Below are positions 53,800-64,000 of a DNA stretch of 64,000 bases, piece by piece. The stretch covers positions 279,907-343,906 of the forward strand of contig JAXHLW010000001.1 in the NCBI GenBank assembly GCA_034521815.1, given 5' to 3'. Made by a program: the position numbers and the translations under genes. The stretch comes from Trueperaceae bacterium (lineage in GTDB: Bacteria > Deinococcota > Deinococci > Deinococcales > Trueperaceae). How positions within the stretch are numbered: position 1 is the first letter of the stretch; each line of letters begins with the position of its first letter. A model generated the notes under the pieces. It was not told the origin of the DNA. It saw nothing but the letters and a program-made list of their open reading frames with translations, and did no database searches.

Positions 53800-55647
53800 A
53801 TGGCCGATCCCCTGAGCACGTCCCGAGCCGCCACCCGGACCGAGGGGCGCCGGGTCTCAGACTTCTCGATCGTCGTCGCGACCGCCAATGGAACCGGCTC
53901 GCAGACCGCGAACCTGACGTTGCTGCGCGCCATTTTCCAGATGGGGGTCCCGGTTCACGGCAAGAACGTGTTTCCGTCCAACATCCAAGGGCTGCCCACC
54001 TGGTTCCACATCCGGGCCAGCGCCGAAGGATGGGTCGCCCGCCAAGCTCCCGAGATCGCGGTGGCGTACAACCCTGCGACCCTGCACGAGGACGTCGCTG
54101 CGCTTCCCTCAGGTGGCGTGCTGATCCTCAACGACGATCTCAGGGGCGCCCCGGAACGCGACGACGTCATCACCTACCGTGTGCCGGTCAAAGAGCTGAT
54201 GGAGGACGCCACCGCGAAGGGCAAGCTGAAGGACTACCTCGCCAACATGACGTACCTCGGCGTGGTGACGCAGCTGCTGGGCGTGTCCTTGGACGAGGTC
54301 CACGCGGCGCTCGAGAACCAGTTCGCAGGTCGACGCAAGCTCGTGGACGCGAACTACCCCATCGTCGAGAAGGCGTGGCGCTGGAGCGAGTCGACGCTCC
54401 AAAAGCGCGATCCGTTCACGATCGAGCCGATGAGCGCGACCGACGGGCTGATCCTCGTCACCGGAAACGACGCCGCCGGGCTCGGAAGCGTGTTCGGAGG
54501 CGCCTCCTTCGTCGCCTGGTACCCGATCACGCCGTCGACGAGCCTGGTGGACGCGCTCAAGAGCCACCTCGTCGACCTCCGGACCGACGAGGACGGCACG
54601 CCCAGCTGGACCGTGATCCAGGCCGAGGACGAGCTGGCCGCCATCGGCATGGTGCTCGGCGCGGGCTGGGCGGGCGCGCGCGCCGTCACCGCGACCAGTG
54701 GACCGGGGATCAGCCTGATGGCCGAGTTCACCGGCCTCGGCTACTTCGCCGAGATCCCGGCCGTGGTGTGGGACGTGCAGCGCGTCGGTCCGTCCACCGG
54801 CCTGCCGACACGCACCGGCCAGGGCGACGTGGGGTTCGCCTACACGCTCGGGCACGGCGACGGCAAGCACCCCGTGTTCCTCCCCGGCTCGGTCGAGGAG
54901 TGCTTCGAGTTCGGCTGGCGCGCGTTCGACGTCGCCGAGCAGGCCCAGACGCCGGTGTTCGTGCTGACCGACCTGGATCTGGGCATGAACACCTGGATGG
55001 CCCAGCGCTTCGCGTACCCCGACGAGCCGATGCGGCGCGGCAAGGTGCTTCGCGGCGACCAGATCCCAGACGACTTCGGCCGCTACCGCGACGTCGATGG
55101 CGACGGCATCGCTCCGCGGACGCTCCCGGGCGACCCGAACCCGCGCAGCGCCTGGTTCGCGCGGGGCACCGGGCACGACGACGCCGCCGTCTACTCCGAG
55201 CGTCCCGAGGACTGGCAGGCCAACACCGACCGGCTGGCCCGCAAGTTCGACACGATCCGAGGGCTCATGCCGGCTCCGGTCGTCGACGCGATCGAGGACG
55301 CCAAGATCGGCGTGATCTGCATGGGATCCACCCAGTACGCGATTCACGAAGCGCGCGCCCGCCTGGCCGAAGCCGGCCAGCACGTGTCGCTGCTGCGACT
55401 GCGCGGACTCCCGATCGGCGAGGCCGTCCGCGCGTTCATCTCCGAGCACGAGCGCACCGTCGTGGTCGAGATGAACCGTGACGGGCAGCTGTGCGGCATC
55501 CTCAGGGCCGAGCTTCCCGACCTCGCCGCCCGAATCCACTCCGTCGCCCATCTCGACGGGCTCCCGTACGCCGCCGATCAGATCGAAGCGTGGCTCGCTC
55601 CGCACCTCGTCGCCACCGGCGAGCTCGTCGCCGAGGAGGTCGTATGA
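53800..55647 (+). CDS. 2-oxoacid:acceptor (ferredoxin) oxidoreductase, alpha subunit
   Basis: ATANGTGSQ, YPITPSTS, QAEDELAA, TATSGPG, QRVGPSTGLPT, VEMN..GQL. Confidence 0.95.
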   Translation: MADPLSTSRAATRTEGRRVSDFSIVVATANGTGSQTANLTLLRAIFQMGVPVHGKNVFPSNIQGLPTWFHIRASAEGWVARQAPEIAVAYNPATLHEDVAALPSGGVLILNDDLRGAPERDDVITYRVPVKELMEDATAKGKLKDYLANMTYLGVVTQLLGVSLDEVHAALENQFAGRRKLVDANYPIVEKAWRWSESTLQKRDPFTIEPMSATDGLILVTGNDAAGLGSVFGGASFVAWYPITPSTSLVDALKSHLVDLRTDEDGTPSWTVIQAEDELAAIGMVLGAGWAGARAVTATSGPGISLMAEFTGLGYFAEIPAVVWDVQRVGPSTGLPTRTGQGDVGFAYTLGHGDGKHPVFLPGSVEECFEFGWRAFDVAEQAQTPVFVLTDLDLGMNTWMAQRFAYPDEPMRRGKVLRGDQIPDDFGRYRDVDGDGIAPRTLPGDPNPRSAWFARGTGHDDAAVYSERPEDWQANTDRLARKFDTIRGLMPAPVVDAIEDAKIGVICMGSTQYAIHEARARLAEAGQHVSLLRLRGLPIGEAVRAFISEHERTVVVEMNRDGQLCGILRAELPDLAARIHSVAHLDGLPYAADQIEAWLAPHLVATGELVAEEVV

Positions 55648-56678
55648 CCGTTCCAGCCGCACGCCAGCCGAACGTCGTCGGCCTCACCAAGGCCGACTAC
55701 GGCGGTCGGCCGTCGACCCTCTGCAAAGGGTGCGGCCACAACGCCGTCGCCAACCAGATCGTCCAGGTCGCGTTCGAGCTCGGGCTTCGGCCGAACGAGA
55801 TCGTCAAGCTGTCCGGCATCGGCTGCTCCAGCAAGTCCCCCGCCTACTTCCTCGGCATGTCGCACGGCTTCAACGCGCTTCACGGCCGCATGCCCTCCAT
55901 CGCCACAGGCGCCCTGTCGGCCAACCACAAGCTGCGTGCCCTGGGCGTGTCCGGCGACGGCGACACCGGCTCGATCGGGCTCGGACAGTTCAAGCACCTG
56001 CTCAGGCGCAACGTGCGCATGGTGTACCTCGTCGAGAACAACGGCGTCTACGGCCTCACCAAGGGCCAGTTCTCGCCGACGGCGGAGGACGGCCTGAAGC
56101 TCAAGTACGCCGGGACGAACCCGTTCCCACCCGTCGAGATCTGCGCCGAGGCGCTCGTATCGGGCTGCGGCTTCGTTGCACGCGGCTTCGCGGGCGACGC
56201 CAAGCAGCTTCGCGAGCTGCTCAAGGCCGCCCTGTCGCATCGCGGCACCGCCGTGATCGACATCATCAGTCCGTGCGTCGCGTTCAACAACGAGGACGAC
56301 AGCCAGAAGAGCTACGCCTACGGACGGAGCAACGAGGTGCCGCTCGAGGACATCGGCTGGGTGCCGCCGCAGGACGACATCGTCATCGACGATCACGAGC
56401 CTGGCGAGACGCGCGTGATCGAGCTCCACGACGGGAGCCGCATGGCGCTCACCAAGGTCGAGGCCGGGTACGACCCCTCCGACCGAGGCGTCGCGCTCAC
56501 GCGGCTTCAGCAGGCGGAAGCGCGCGGCGAGATCCTCACGGGGCTGCTGTACTTCGACGACCAGCGCCCCTCGCTGAGCGAAGCGGTCGGCCTCGGCCAG
56601 ACGCCGCTCGCGGAGATGAGCGACGAACGGCTGCGGCCGTCACGGGAGGCGCTGGAGCGGGTCCTGGACAGGTACTGA
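55644..56678 (+). CDS. 2-oxoacid:ferredoxin oxidoreductase, beta (TPP-binding) subunit
   Basis: LCKGCGH, SGIGCSS, HGR, GDGD, NNGVYGLTKGQFSPT, SPC. Confidence 0.95.
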   Translation: MTVPAARQPNVVGLTKADYGGRPSTLCKGCGHNAVANQIVQVAFELGLRPNEIVKLSGIGCSSKSPAYFLGMSHGFNALHGRMPSIATGALSANHKLRALGVSGDGDTGSIGLGQFKHLLRRNVRMVYLVENNGVYGLTKGQFSPTAEDGLKLKYAGTNPFPPVEICAEALVSGCGFVARGFAGDAKQLRELLKAALSHRGTAVIDIISPCVAFNNEDDSQKSYAYGRSNEVPLEDIGWVPPQDDIVIDDHEPGETRVIELHDGSRMALTKVEAGYDPSDRGVALTRLQQAEARGEILTGLLYFDDQRPSLSEAVGLGQTPLAEMSDERLRPSREALERVLDRY

Positions 56679-58820
56679 CGCCGGGGTCGCTCCTCGCAGG
56701 AGCTCACGACCTCGCGGCCTCGGCGGGCCGGCGTCGCCGTCGCTCGGTCGTCGGCGGGCTCGCCTCTCGGTCAGCAGCTCGCGGAAGCGGGGACCGAAAC
56801 CTGGAGCCACGTTCGCGACGACCGTGTCGCCAGGCTCCAGCGTCGTATCACCGTGCGGGAACAGGGTCCGGCCGTCGCGACGGATCGCGACGACGATGCT
56901 CTCCTTCGGCAAGCGCGCCTCGCGCAAGCTCCGTCCCGCGAGCTTCGACCGTCTGGGAACACGGACCTCGACGATCTCCTGCCCGGTCAGGTCGCGAAGG
57001 CGGAGCCGCTCGTGCAGCTCCTCCTGCGAGCGCTCCCGCGTGACCGCCATGTAGTACGCCCGGGCGAGATCGGTCTGGCGCACGAACCCGATCGGCCGGT
57101 CCGACCGGTTGGCGTCGACCACCGGCATGCGCCCGATGCCCAGACGACCCATCCGCTCCAGGACCTCGCTGGCCGCTTCGCCCGGCGTCGCGCAGTACAC
57201 GTGCTCACGGCAGATGTCACGAAGTGGCGTCGTCGGCGGCGATCCGTCGCGACGCGCCCGTTCCAGATCGGTGAGCGTCACGATGCCGATCATTCGCTCC
57301 GGCTCGGAACGGGGGACCACCACGAAGCCGTGATGATGCGACGCCAGCAAGCCGTCCGCCAGGTCGCGGATCGTCTCCTCGGCGAACACCCGCGGAACCT
57401 CGCGCTCCATCACCTCGGCCACGGTCACCGTCTGCAGCAGATCGATCTCCCGCATGCGCAACAGACTCAGGCCGCGCCTCGAGAGCATCAGCTGGTAGAA
57501 CGACTCCGGGTGCAGAAGGTCCGCGCCCAGGTTCGCGATCACCGCCGCCAACAGCAGCGGCAGGATCAGCTCGTAGCTGCCGGACACCTCGAAGATCATC
57601 ACGATCGAGCTCATCGGCGCCCTGGTGACGCCGGTGAACACGGCCGCCATGCCCACCAGCGCGTACGGTCCCGGCCGGATCGCGAGCTGGGGAAGCAGCG
57701 CCTGGCCCGCCTCGCCGACGAGGGCGCCGAACGCCGCGCCGATCATCAGGACAGGCGCGAAGATGCCGCCCGAGCCCCACGACCCGATCGACGCGCCGGT
57801 CGCCAGCAGCTTGCCGATGAGCAGGGCAGCCAGCAGCAACGGGGTGCGGATCTCCTCGTTCAGGATCTCTCCCGTCGTGCCGTAGCCGCGACCCAGCACC
57901 TCGGGTAGCAGCAACGCCATCGCGCCCACCGCGGCGCCACCCAGCGCCGGACGGAGCCAGGCAGGCACCTTCCAGCGGTTCAACAGGTCCTCGCTCCCGA
58001 CCATCACGCGGATGAACGCGACCGCCAGGAACGACGCCAGCACGCCCATCACCATGAACAGGGGCAGCTCCAGATGCGAGCCCATCACGTAGTCCGCAGG
58101 GATCGCGAACGCCGGCACGTCGCCCAGCAGGGTCCGCGACACCGCGGTCGCGGACACCGAGCCGATCACGACGGACGCGAAGTAGCGTCCTTGGAACTGC
58201 CCCAGGACGACCTCGAGCGCGAACAGCACGCCCGCGATCGGAGCGTTGAACGTCGCGGCGATGCCGCCGGCCGCCGCGACCGCCGCCAGGTTCCGGCGGC
58301 GCTCGTCGTTCAGTCGCCACCAGTCGGACAGCAACGACGCGAGCGATCCACCCAGCTGAACGACCGGACCCTCGGTCCCGAGCGAGGCGCCGCTACCGAT
58401 CGACAGCGCCGTCGCGAGCGGCCGCCACAGCAGCAGCCTGCGCGAGACCCGTCCCCCCAGGTTCGAGACCGCCACCATCATGTGCGGAATGCCCGATCCG
58501 CGCGCGTCCGGCGCGAAGCGCAGCACGATCGGGGCGACCAGCAGGCCGCCGAGCGCCGGCGTCACCACCGTCACCACCGCCGCTGGAAGCCAACCGATCC
58601 GGGCGCGCAGCGTCGCGACGTACGTTCCCGTGCCCCCGACCAGCGCATCGAACGCGACGGCCGCCAGCCCTGCCAGGCTCCCCACCACGATCGCGCTGGC
58701 CACCAGCGAGAGCGTCTCGGACGACGCTCCGCGGACGAAGGCGGCGACGAAGGTGGCGAAACGGCGACGCCAGCGGAGCACGAACCGCTTCGCGAGCCGA
58801 GCGGGCCGGCGTGGTTTCAC
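56640..58820 (-). CDS. ClC chloride channel/antiporter with CBS pair and C-terminal TrkA_C (RCK_C) domain
   Basis: GSGIP, GTEGP, FNAPIAG, GGIFAP; two CBS repeats; LAGRSLREARLP..SIVVAIRRDGRTLFPHGDTTLEPGD. Confidence 0.92.
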   Translation of the reverse strand: MKPRRPARLAKRFVLRWRRRFATFVAAFVRGASSETLSLVASAIVVGSLAGLAAVAFDALVGGTGTYVATLRARIGWLPAAVVTVVTPALGGLLVAPIVLRFAPDARGSGIPHMMVAVSNLGGRVSRRLLLWRPLATALSIGSGASLGTEGPVVQLGGSLASLLSDWWRLNDERRRNLAAVAAAGGIAATFNAPIAGVLFALEVVLGQFQGRYFASVVIGSVSATAVSRTLLGDVPAFAIPADYVMGSHLELPLFMVMGVLASFLAVAFIRVMVGSEDLLNRWKVPAWLRPALGGAAVGAMALLLPEVLGRGYGTTGEILNEEIRTPLLLAALLIGKLLATGASIGSWGSGGIFAPVLMIGAAFGALVGEAGQALLPQLAIRPGPYALVGMAAVFTGVTRAPMSSIVMIFEVSGSYELILPLLLAAVIANLGADLLHPESFYQLMLSRRGLSLLRMREIDLLQTVTVAEVMEREVPRVFAEETIRDLADGLLASHHHGFVVVPRSEPERMIGIVTLTDLERARRDGSPPTTPLRDICREHVYCATPGEAASEVLERMGRLGIGRMPVVDANRSDRPIGFVRQTDLARAYYMAVTRERSQEELHERLRLRDLTGQEIVEVRVPRRSKLAGRSLREARLPKESIVVAIRRDGRTLFPHGDTTLEPGDTVVANVAPGFGPRFRELLTERRARRRPSDGDAGPPRPRGRELLRGATPASVPVQDPLQRLP

Positions 58821-58827
58821 GGTGGGC

Positions 58828-59853
58828 TCAGCCCTCCTGAACTCGCCGCAGCAGCGCGATCCAGTTCCGGTGCGTGACCTTCGCGAGCATCGACTCGTCC
58901 CAGCCGTGCTCGCGAAGGGCGGTGATCAGCCGCGGAAGACCCGCCGCGTCGCCGATCTCGCGGGGCAGCGTCGCGCCGTCGAAATCGGAGCCGAGCCCCA
59001 CGCGGTCCTCGCCGAGCCGCTCCACCAGGGCGTCGAGGTGCCGCACCAAGGTGACGAGCGGCGTGTCCGGATCGTCGCGTCCGTCGTCGCGCAGGAAGCC
59101 GCAGGCGTAGTTGAGCCCGACCAGGCCGTCGCGCTCGGCCAGAGCGTCCAGCTGAGCGTCGGTCAGGTTGCGCGGGCTGGCCGAGAGCGCGTGCACGTTC
59201 GAGTGGCTCGCCACGACCGGCCGCTCGCTTCGCTCCAGGAGCTCCCAGAAGCCGGCTTCGTTCAGGTGCGATACGTCCAGCACGATCCGCAGCCGATCGC
59301 ACGCGTCCACCAGGTCGCGACCGGCCGCCGTCAGGCCGGGACCGATGTCGGGCGACGCGGGAAACGCGAACGGGACGCCCGTCGCGAAGGCGTTGGGCCG
59401 GCTCCACACCGGGCCCAGCGAGCGAAGCCCCAGCGTGTGAAGCACCTCGAGCACGTCGAGGCTCACGATCGCCTCCGCCCCCTCGAGGTGCGGCACGGCG
59501 GCCAGGACGCCGTCCTTCATCGCGCCTTCGACGTCGTCGGCGGTGGTGCAGATGCGCAGGTGGCCGGCCGCCTCCAGGCGACGCAGCAGCGCGAACATGC
59601 TCAACGTCGCCCGGAGCGCGCGACCCGAATCGATCGGCCCGAACGGGGGAGCGTCCTCGGTCTTCGGGTTCCGCGCTCCGCTCAGACCGTCCCGGTCCGG
59701 CGAGAACATGGCGAACAGCCCACCGGCCAGACCGCCTTCGCGCGCGCGCACGACGTCGACGTGACCGACGTCGAGGCGCTGTCCGAAGTCGCGATCGGGA
59801 TGCTCGAGAAGGACCAGGAGCGTGTCGTTGTGCCCGTCGAAGACCGGATGCAT
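58828..59853 (-). CDS. Membrane/renal dipeptidase family (M19)
   Basis: FDGHND, HLEGAE, LDVSHL, ASHSN, RNLTD, GLGSDFDG. Confidence 0.93.
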   Translation of the reverse strand: MHPVFDGHNDTLLVLLEHPDRDFGQRLDVGHVDVVRAREGGLAGGLFAMFSPDRDGLSGARNPKTEDAPPFGPIDSGRALRATLSMFALLRRLEAAGHLRICTTADDVEGAMKDGVLAAVPHLEGAEAIVSLDVLEVLHTLGLRSLGPVWSRPNAFATGVPFAFPASPDIGPGLTAAGRDLVDACDRLRIVLDVSHLNEAGFWELLERSERPVVASHSNVHALSASPRNLTDAQLDALAERDGLVGLNYACGFLRDDGRDDPDTPLVTLVRHLDALVERLGEDRVGLGSDFDGATLPREIGDAAGLPRLITALREHGWDESMLAKVTHRNWIALLRRVQEG

Positions 59854-59882
59854 GGCGCCAGGCTACCGCGGGACCGTTCCGG

Positions 59883-60953
59883 TCAGGCCAGCTGAAGCGC
59901 CGATCCGGAGCGCGGGGCGACCACCCCGATACGGGCTGCGCGCGGAAAGTCGGCTCGAATCGCGTCCAGTACGGCGTCGGCGTGGTCGGCCGAGACGGCC
60001 AGCAGCAGGCCTCCCGAGGTCTGCGGATCCACCAGGCTCCACCAGGCCGTCGTCGACAGCGCCTCGCGGCCGGCGACGTGCCCCTCGACGTAGACGGTGT
60101 TCGTCCGGTGCGCCTTGGTCAGGATGCCCCGCTCCAGCGACGCTTCGGCGCCGGCCAGCAGGGGAACCGCGCCTGCTTCGAGGCGAAGCGTGACGTGCGA
60201 GCCGTCCGCGATGTGCAGGCCGTGCCCCAGCACGCCGAAGCCGGTGACGTCCGTCGCGGCGTGAACCGCGGTGCGCAGATCGCCAGGCAGCCGGAGGCGG
60301 TTCACCGCCTTCATCGAGGCCAGCGCCTCGTCCAGCTCGGCGTAGCTCACCTCGTCGTTCTTCAGGCCTCCGGTCAGCGTGCCGGTCCCGACCGCCTTGG
60401 TGAGGATCAGTACGTCGCCCGGCAGGGCCCCGCGGTTGGTCCACAAGCCGTCCGGATGGGCGACGCCGGTCACCGAGAACCCCAGCTTGAGCGTGTCGTC
60501 GTCGATCGAGTGCCCGCCGACCAGCTTGGCGCCCGCTTCGTTCAGCGTGCGGGTCGCGCCCTGCATCAGGCCGGTGAGCACCTCGCCGGGCAGCACGTCG
60601 ATGGGGTACGCCAGGATCGTCAGCGCGGTCAGCGGCTCGGCGCCCATCGCGAACACGTCGCTGACGGCGTTGGCCGCGGCGATCGCCCCGAAGTCGTCCG
60701 CGTCGTCCACGATCGGCGTGAAGAAGTCCAGCGTCTGGACGATCGCCTGCTCGTCGTTCAGCCGCCAGGCGGCGGCGTCGTCCAGGAAGTCCGTGCCCAC
60801 CAGCAGATCGGGATGCTCCTGCCGTGGCAGCCCGCGCAGCAGATCGGTCAACGTTCCAGCGGCGATCTTGGCGGCGCAGCCGCCCTTGGTGACCGTCTTC
60901 GTCAGGCGGGGGAGGGCAGGTTCTCGTTCCGTAGCGTCTCGTTCCGTAGCCAT
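59883..60953 (-). CDS. selD: Selenide, water dikinase (selenophosphate synthetase), Cys form
   Basis: KGGCAAKI, DDAA, QTLDFFTPIVDD, NAVSDVFAMG, GGHSI, TDVTGFG..GH, DPQTSGGLL. Confidence 0.95.
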   Translation of the reverse strand: MATERDATEREPALPRLTKTVTKGGCAAKIAAGTLTDLLRGLPRQEHPDLLVGTDFLDDAAAWRLNDEQAIVQTLDFFTPIVDDADDFGAIAAANAVSDVFAMGAEPLTALTILAYPIDVLPGEVLTGLMQGATRTLNEAGAKLVGGHSIDDDTLKLGFSVTGVAHPDGLWTNRGALPGDVLILTKAVGTGTLTGGLKNDEVSYAELDEALASMKAVNRLRLPGDLRTAVHAATDVTGFGVLGHGLHIADGSHVTLRLEAGAVPLLAGAEASLERGILTKAHRTNTVYVEGHVAGREALSTTAWWSLVDPQTSGGLLLAVSADHADAVLDAIRADFPRAARIGVVAPRSGSALQLA

Positions 60954-61993
60954 GTCAGCAGCTCCTCTCGCCCCCCGCGCGCCAGCACCGTGCGACCGTC
61001 CGTCGGCGTGGCCTTGCGGTAGAGCGGATCGTAGTAGTCGAGAAGGAGGGGCTCGATCACCGGGCGGAACGCTTGGGCGTCGTGCCAGGCGTTCTGAGCC
61101 TTCGCGTCGTGAAGAGCCGCGACCATCCGCTCGGTCGGCTCGGCGCCGAGCCGCCGCCGGAGGCGTCCGATCGCGGCGCTGAGCTCCTCCAGCACGGCCG
61201 CCTCGCCGTCGCGTAGCGCCGGTCTGCGAGCGTACTCGTCGTGAATGCGTGCGACACGGTCGTCCAAGCTCTCCTCGAGCACCAGCAGCGGCGCCGAGCG
61301 GACCGTCTCGTACAACGGCTCGGGCAGGTGGACGCGCCCGACGTTCCGCGACTCGTTCTCGAGCAGCAGGCGCGATTCGTCTCCGAGCAGCAGCGGGATC
61401 AGAAGCCGGTGCTCGAAGGTGGCCTGGGCAGGCTGGGGCCCGGTGGCGCCGAAGGTGCTGCCGCGATGCTCGGCGGCCCCTTCGAGGTCCAGGGCCAGCA
61501 GCGACGGGAGCTCGGCCGCGTCGTTCAGCAGGACGGTCTTGCCGCTTCCGGTCGCTCCCGTGACGACCCACGCCGTGCGCCTTTCGAGCGAGCTTCCGAG
61601 CGACTCGGTGAGGTGAGCGCGCAGCGCCTTGTAGCCGCCATCGATCCTGGGCGTGCCTTGGTGGGCCGCGAGGCGCTGGGCGAGCTCGCTCCGCTGCCCG
61701 CCGCGCCAGCACATGAACACGCTGGGCTCGGCAGCCGCGGCGGCGCGCCAGGCGGCGGCCCGGCGCCGCATGTCGGGCTCGGTCCTGGCGCGACCCTCCT
61801 CGAACGCCGCGTCGGGACCGTCGAGGGCGTACCTGAGACCCACCTCGTGACGTTCCTCATCGTTCAGGATCGGGATCTCGACCGCGCCTGGAATCGCGCC
61901 CCGGGCCACCTCGCCGGGCGAGCGGACGTCGATCGGGCGGCGCGACGGCCGTCCGGCGCGGGCACGGTAGAGGGCGTCGGGCGGAATCAGCAT
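60902..61993 (-). CDS. mnmH: tRNA 2-selenouridine synthase (SelU/YbbB)
   Basis: Rhodanese IDVRSP.E...CWRGGQRS, GGYKA, P-loop GATGSGKT, DLEGAAEHRGSTFG, LLDYYDPLY. Confidence 0.93.
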   Translation of the reverse strand: MLIPPDALYRARAGRPSRRPIDVRSPGEVARGAIPGAVEIPILNDEERHEVGLRYALDGPDAAFEEGRARTEPDMRRRAAAWRAAAAAEPSVFMCWRGGQRSELAQRLAAHQGTPRIDGGYKALRAHLTESLGSSLERRTAWVVTGATGSGKTVLLNDAAELPSLLALDLEGAAEHRGSTFGATGPQPAQATFEHRLLIPLLLGDESRLLLENESRNVGRVHLPEPLYETVRSAPLLVLEESLDDRVARIHDEYARRPALRDGEAAVLEELSAAIGRLRRRLGAEPTERMVAALHDAKAQNAWHDAQAFRPVIEPLLLDYYDPLYRKATPTDGRTVLARGGREELLTWLRNETLRNENLPSPA

Positions 61994-62091
61994 CGCCGGA
62001 CATCGTAGCCGGACAGGTCGAAGGCGAGGGGTCTGCGGGACACGGGAGCGGGGGAGCGGCGCGGCAGGATGCTCGGGGTAGGCTCGCGCTC

Positions 62092-63325
62092 GTGACCGAC
62101 GCCCGCGCCGCCGCGCGCATCACCACCGGCCTGTTCATCGCGCACGCGCTGGGCTCGGCCGGCGTGATCGCCACCGCCACCGTCGCCTCGATCGTGGGGG
62201 CCGAGCTGTCGGGGCGCACGGCGCTGGCCGGTCTTCCCGCCGCCTTCTTCCAGATCGGCGGCGCGCTGACCGCGGTCCTGGTCGGGGTGCTGACCGAGCG
62301 GCTGGGGCGGAGGCGAGGCCTGACCCTCGGAACGGTGCTGGGAATGGCGGGCATGGCCGCCGCCGTCGTCGCTGCCGTGACGGGCGCGTTCCCGATGCTG
62401 CTCGCGGGACTGGCGCTGGCGGGGACCGCCAGCGCCGCGGTTCGCTTCGGTCGGTTCACCGCAGCGGAGGTGCAGCCCAGGGCGCGGCGGGGTCGGGCGG
62501 TATCGATCGTGGTGATGGGCGGGACCGGTCGGATCGGTTCTCGGTCCGGTGCTGGTCGCGCCCAGCGGCGCGTGGACGCGCGCCCTGGGGTGGGGCGAGC
62601 TGGCTGGACCGTTCCTGGCCGCCTTCGTCCTGTTCGTCCTGACCGGGCTGGTGTTCTTCGTGTTCCTCCGGCCGGAGCCGCGCGACCTCGCCGCCCGGCT
62701 GGAGGCCGCAGGCGGCGACCCGCGCGACCTGGCCCCGGCCCGCCCGCTGGGACGCCTCTTGAGGGACCCGGGCGTCGCGACGGCGATGGGAACCCTGATC
62801 CTGGCGCAAGGCGTGATGGTCATGGTGATGGGCATCACCTCGCTGCACATGCGCGAGCATGCGCACCCGCTGGCGCTGATCTCCATCGTCTTCTCCGGGC
62901 ATACGCTGGGCATGTACGCCTTCTCGCTGGTGTCCGGCTGGGCGACGGATCGGTTCGGGCGCATCCCGGTACTCGGCTGGGGAGGCGCCATCCTGGTCGC
63001 AGCGTGCCTGATCGCGCCGCTGTCGCCCGCCTTCGTGCCGCTGTTCGTGGCGCTGTTCCTGCTGGGGTTCGGCTGGAATCTGTGCTACGTCGGCGGTTCC
63101 TCGCTCCTCACCGATCACCTGTCCACGGCCGAGAAGTCCAGGACGCAGGGCATCAACGACCTGGCGATGGGGACGGTGTCGGCGAGCGCCAGCCTGGCGG
63201 GAGGCGTGGTGTTCGCGGTGTACGGGTTCGCGGTGATGAGCGTGGCTGGAGCGGTCGCGTCGGGGCTGTTGCTGCTGGTCGTGGCGCGCTACCGCTGGAT
63301 CCGGAGCGCGACGCCGACGACGTGA
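62092..63325 (+). CDS. MFS transporter, split by a +1 frameshift at ~62527
   Basis: ERLGRRRG and RFTAAE...RGRAVS in the first frame; TDRFGR, LLGFGWN, QGIND in the second; removing one G in 'accggtcgga' restores T-V-G-S-V-L-G-P. Confidence 0.88.
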
Positions 63326-63372
63326 CCTGGCGCGCTGGTCGCGGGCCCCGCTCGGGCGTACGCTTCGGAACG

Positions 63373-64000
63373 ATGAGCGAGCGAGATCCGAGCGACGAGC
63401 TGTCCGGTGCCGGCCCAGCCCGCGGTCCGCGACGCCGGGGGCCCGGTTAGGAGGGCGGTGTCGGCTCTCGTTCCGCGCCGGCGGAACCTGCAGGGCACGG
63501 TGTACCTGGTGCTGGACCACTCGACCAGCATGGGCGATCCCGGCAAGATGGAGCAGCTTCGTCGGGGCGCGCTCCGCTTCTTCCTGGAGGCGGTCCAGCG
63601 CGACTACGCCGTGGGCGCCGTGGCGTTCGCCGGCGGGGCGGAGACGATCACGGGCGCCAGCCTGAACGCGCACCGGTTCTGGAAGCGCCTGCACGGCTTG
63701 CGGCCGTACGGTCGGACGGCGATGGCGTCCGGCCTGAGGCTCGGCCTGGTCCGCTTGGCGGTTCCGGCTCGGCGAAAGGTGCATGATCCTGATCACCGAC
63801 GGCGTGCCCGACGATCGCGAGGCGACGCTCGAAGCGGCTCGGCTGGCCAGGGCGCGGGGCGTGACCCTGATTCCGATCGGAACGGGCGCGGCCGATCATG
63901 CGTTCCTCGCCACGCTGGCGGGACGGTCCGGAGCTGGCGCGTCACGTCGCGACCGAGGACCTCGCGGGCGCGATCGAGAGCGCTGCGAGCGGCCTGGACG
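63373..64000 (+). CDS. von Willebrand factor A domain protein, with apparent frameshifts; truncated by window end
   Basis: Manual translation: VYLVLDHSTSM (MIDAS DxSxS), GRTAMASGL, MILITDG, IPIGTG; frame changes near 63400, 63780 and 63925. Confidence 0.75.

Noticed and set aside
59883-61712. 609-aa SelD with a long N-terminal extension, or a selenocysteine-containing SelD
   Set aside because: The extension is mnmH read off-frame; the active site is GGC (Cys codon), with no UGA.

Overview
A very GC-rich bacterial chromosome segment, most consistent with Deinococcota (Trueperaceae-like). This is an inference from the many TANNNT-N6/7-start leaderless gene starts, the presence of Lnt and the protein styles. 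It is dense housekeeping DNA with no rRNA, tRNA, CRISPR, IS or prophage that I can see. Contents in order: a uracil permease with a PyrR-type leader; two paralogous exported proteins with Asp-rich tails followed by an OmpR/sensor-kinase pair; a Ser/Thr kinase; sufCBD plus a Rieske ferredoxin; ispF; acs; trkA-trkH-trkH; lnt; ppk1; a stand-alone diadenylate cyclase domain; trmFO-ltaE-aroE; BdbD/BdbC-like genes; sodA; a glycolipid glycosyltransferase pair; comEA-comEC-kinase-holA; meaB-coaD-hslO; plsY; a rhomboid; a subtilase; fni; recA; 2-oxoacid:ferredoxin oxidoreductase alpha/beta; a ClC; selD-mnmH; an MFS transporter; and a vWA protein. Several conserved genes carry single-base frameshifts, which suggests an indel-prone assembly. 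The most unusual signals are (1) the poly-Asp exported protein pair with a two-component system and a tandem TAAGG operator, (2) a recA coding strand that is abruptly G/T-rich and C-poor, (3) an atypical kinase inserted in comEA-comEC-holA, and (4) an in-frame UGA just upstream of the diadenylate cyclase start. All calls come from reading the sequence and remembered family motifs; no searches were run.
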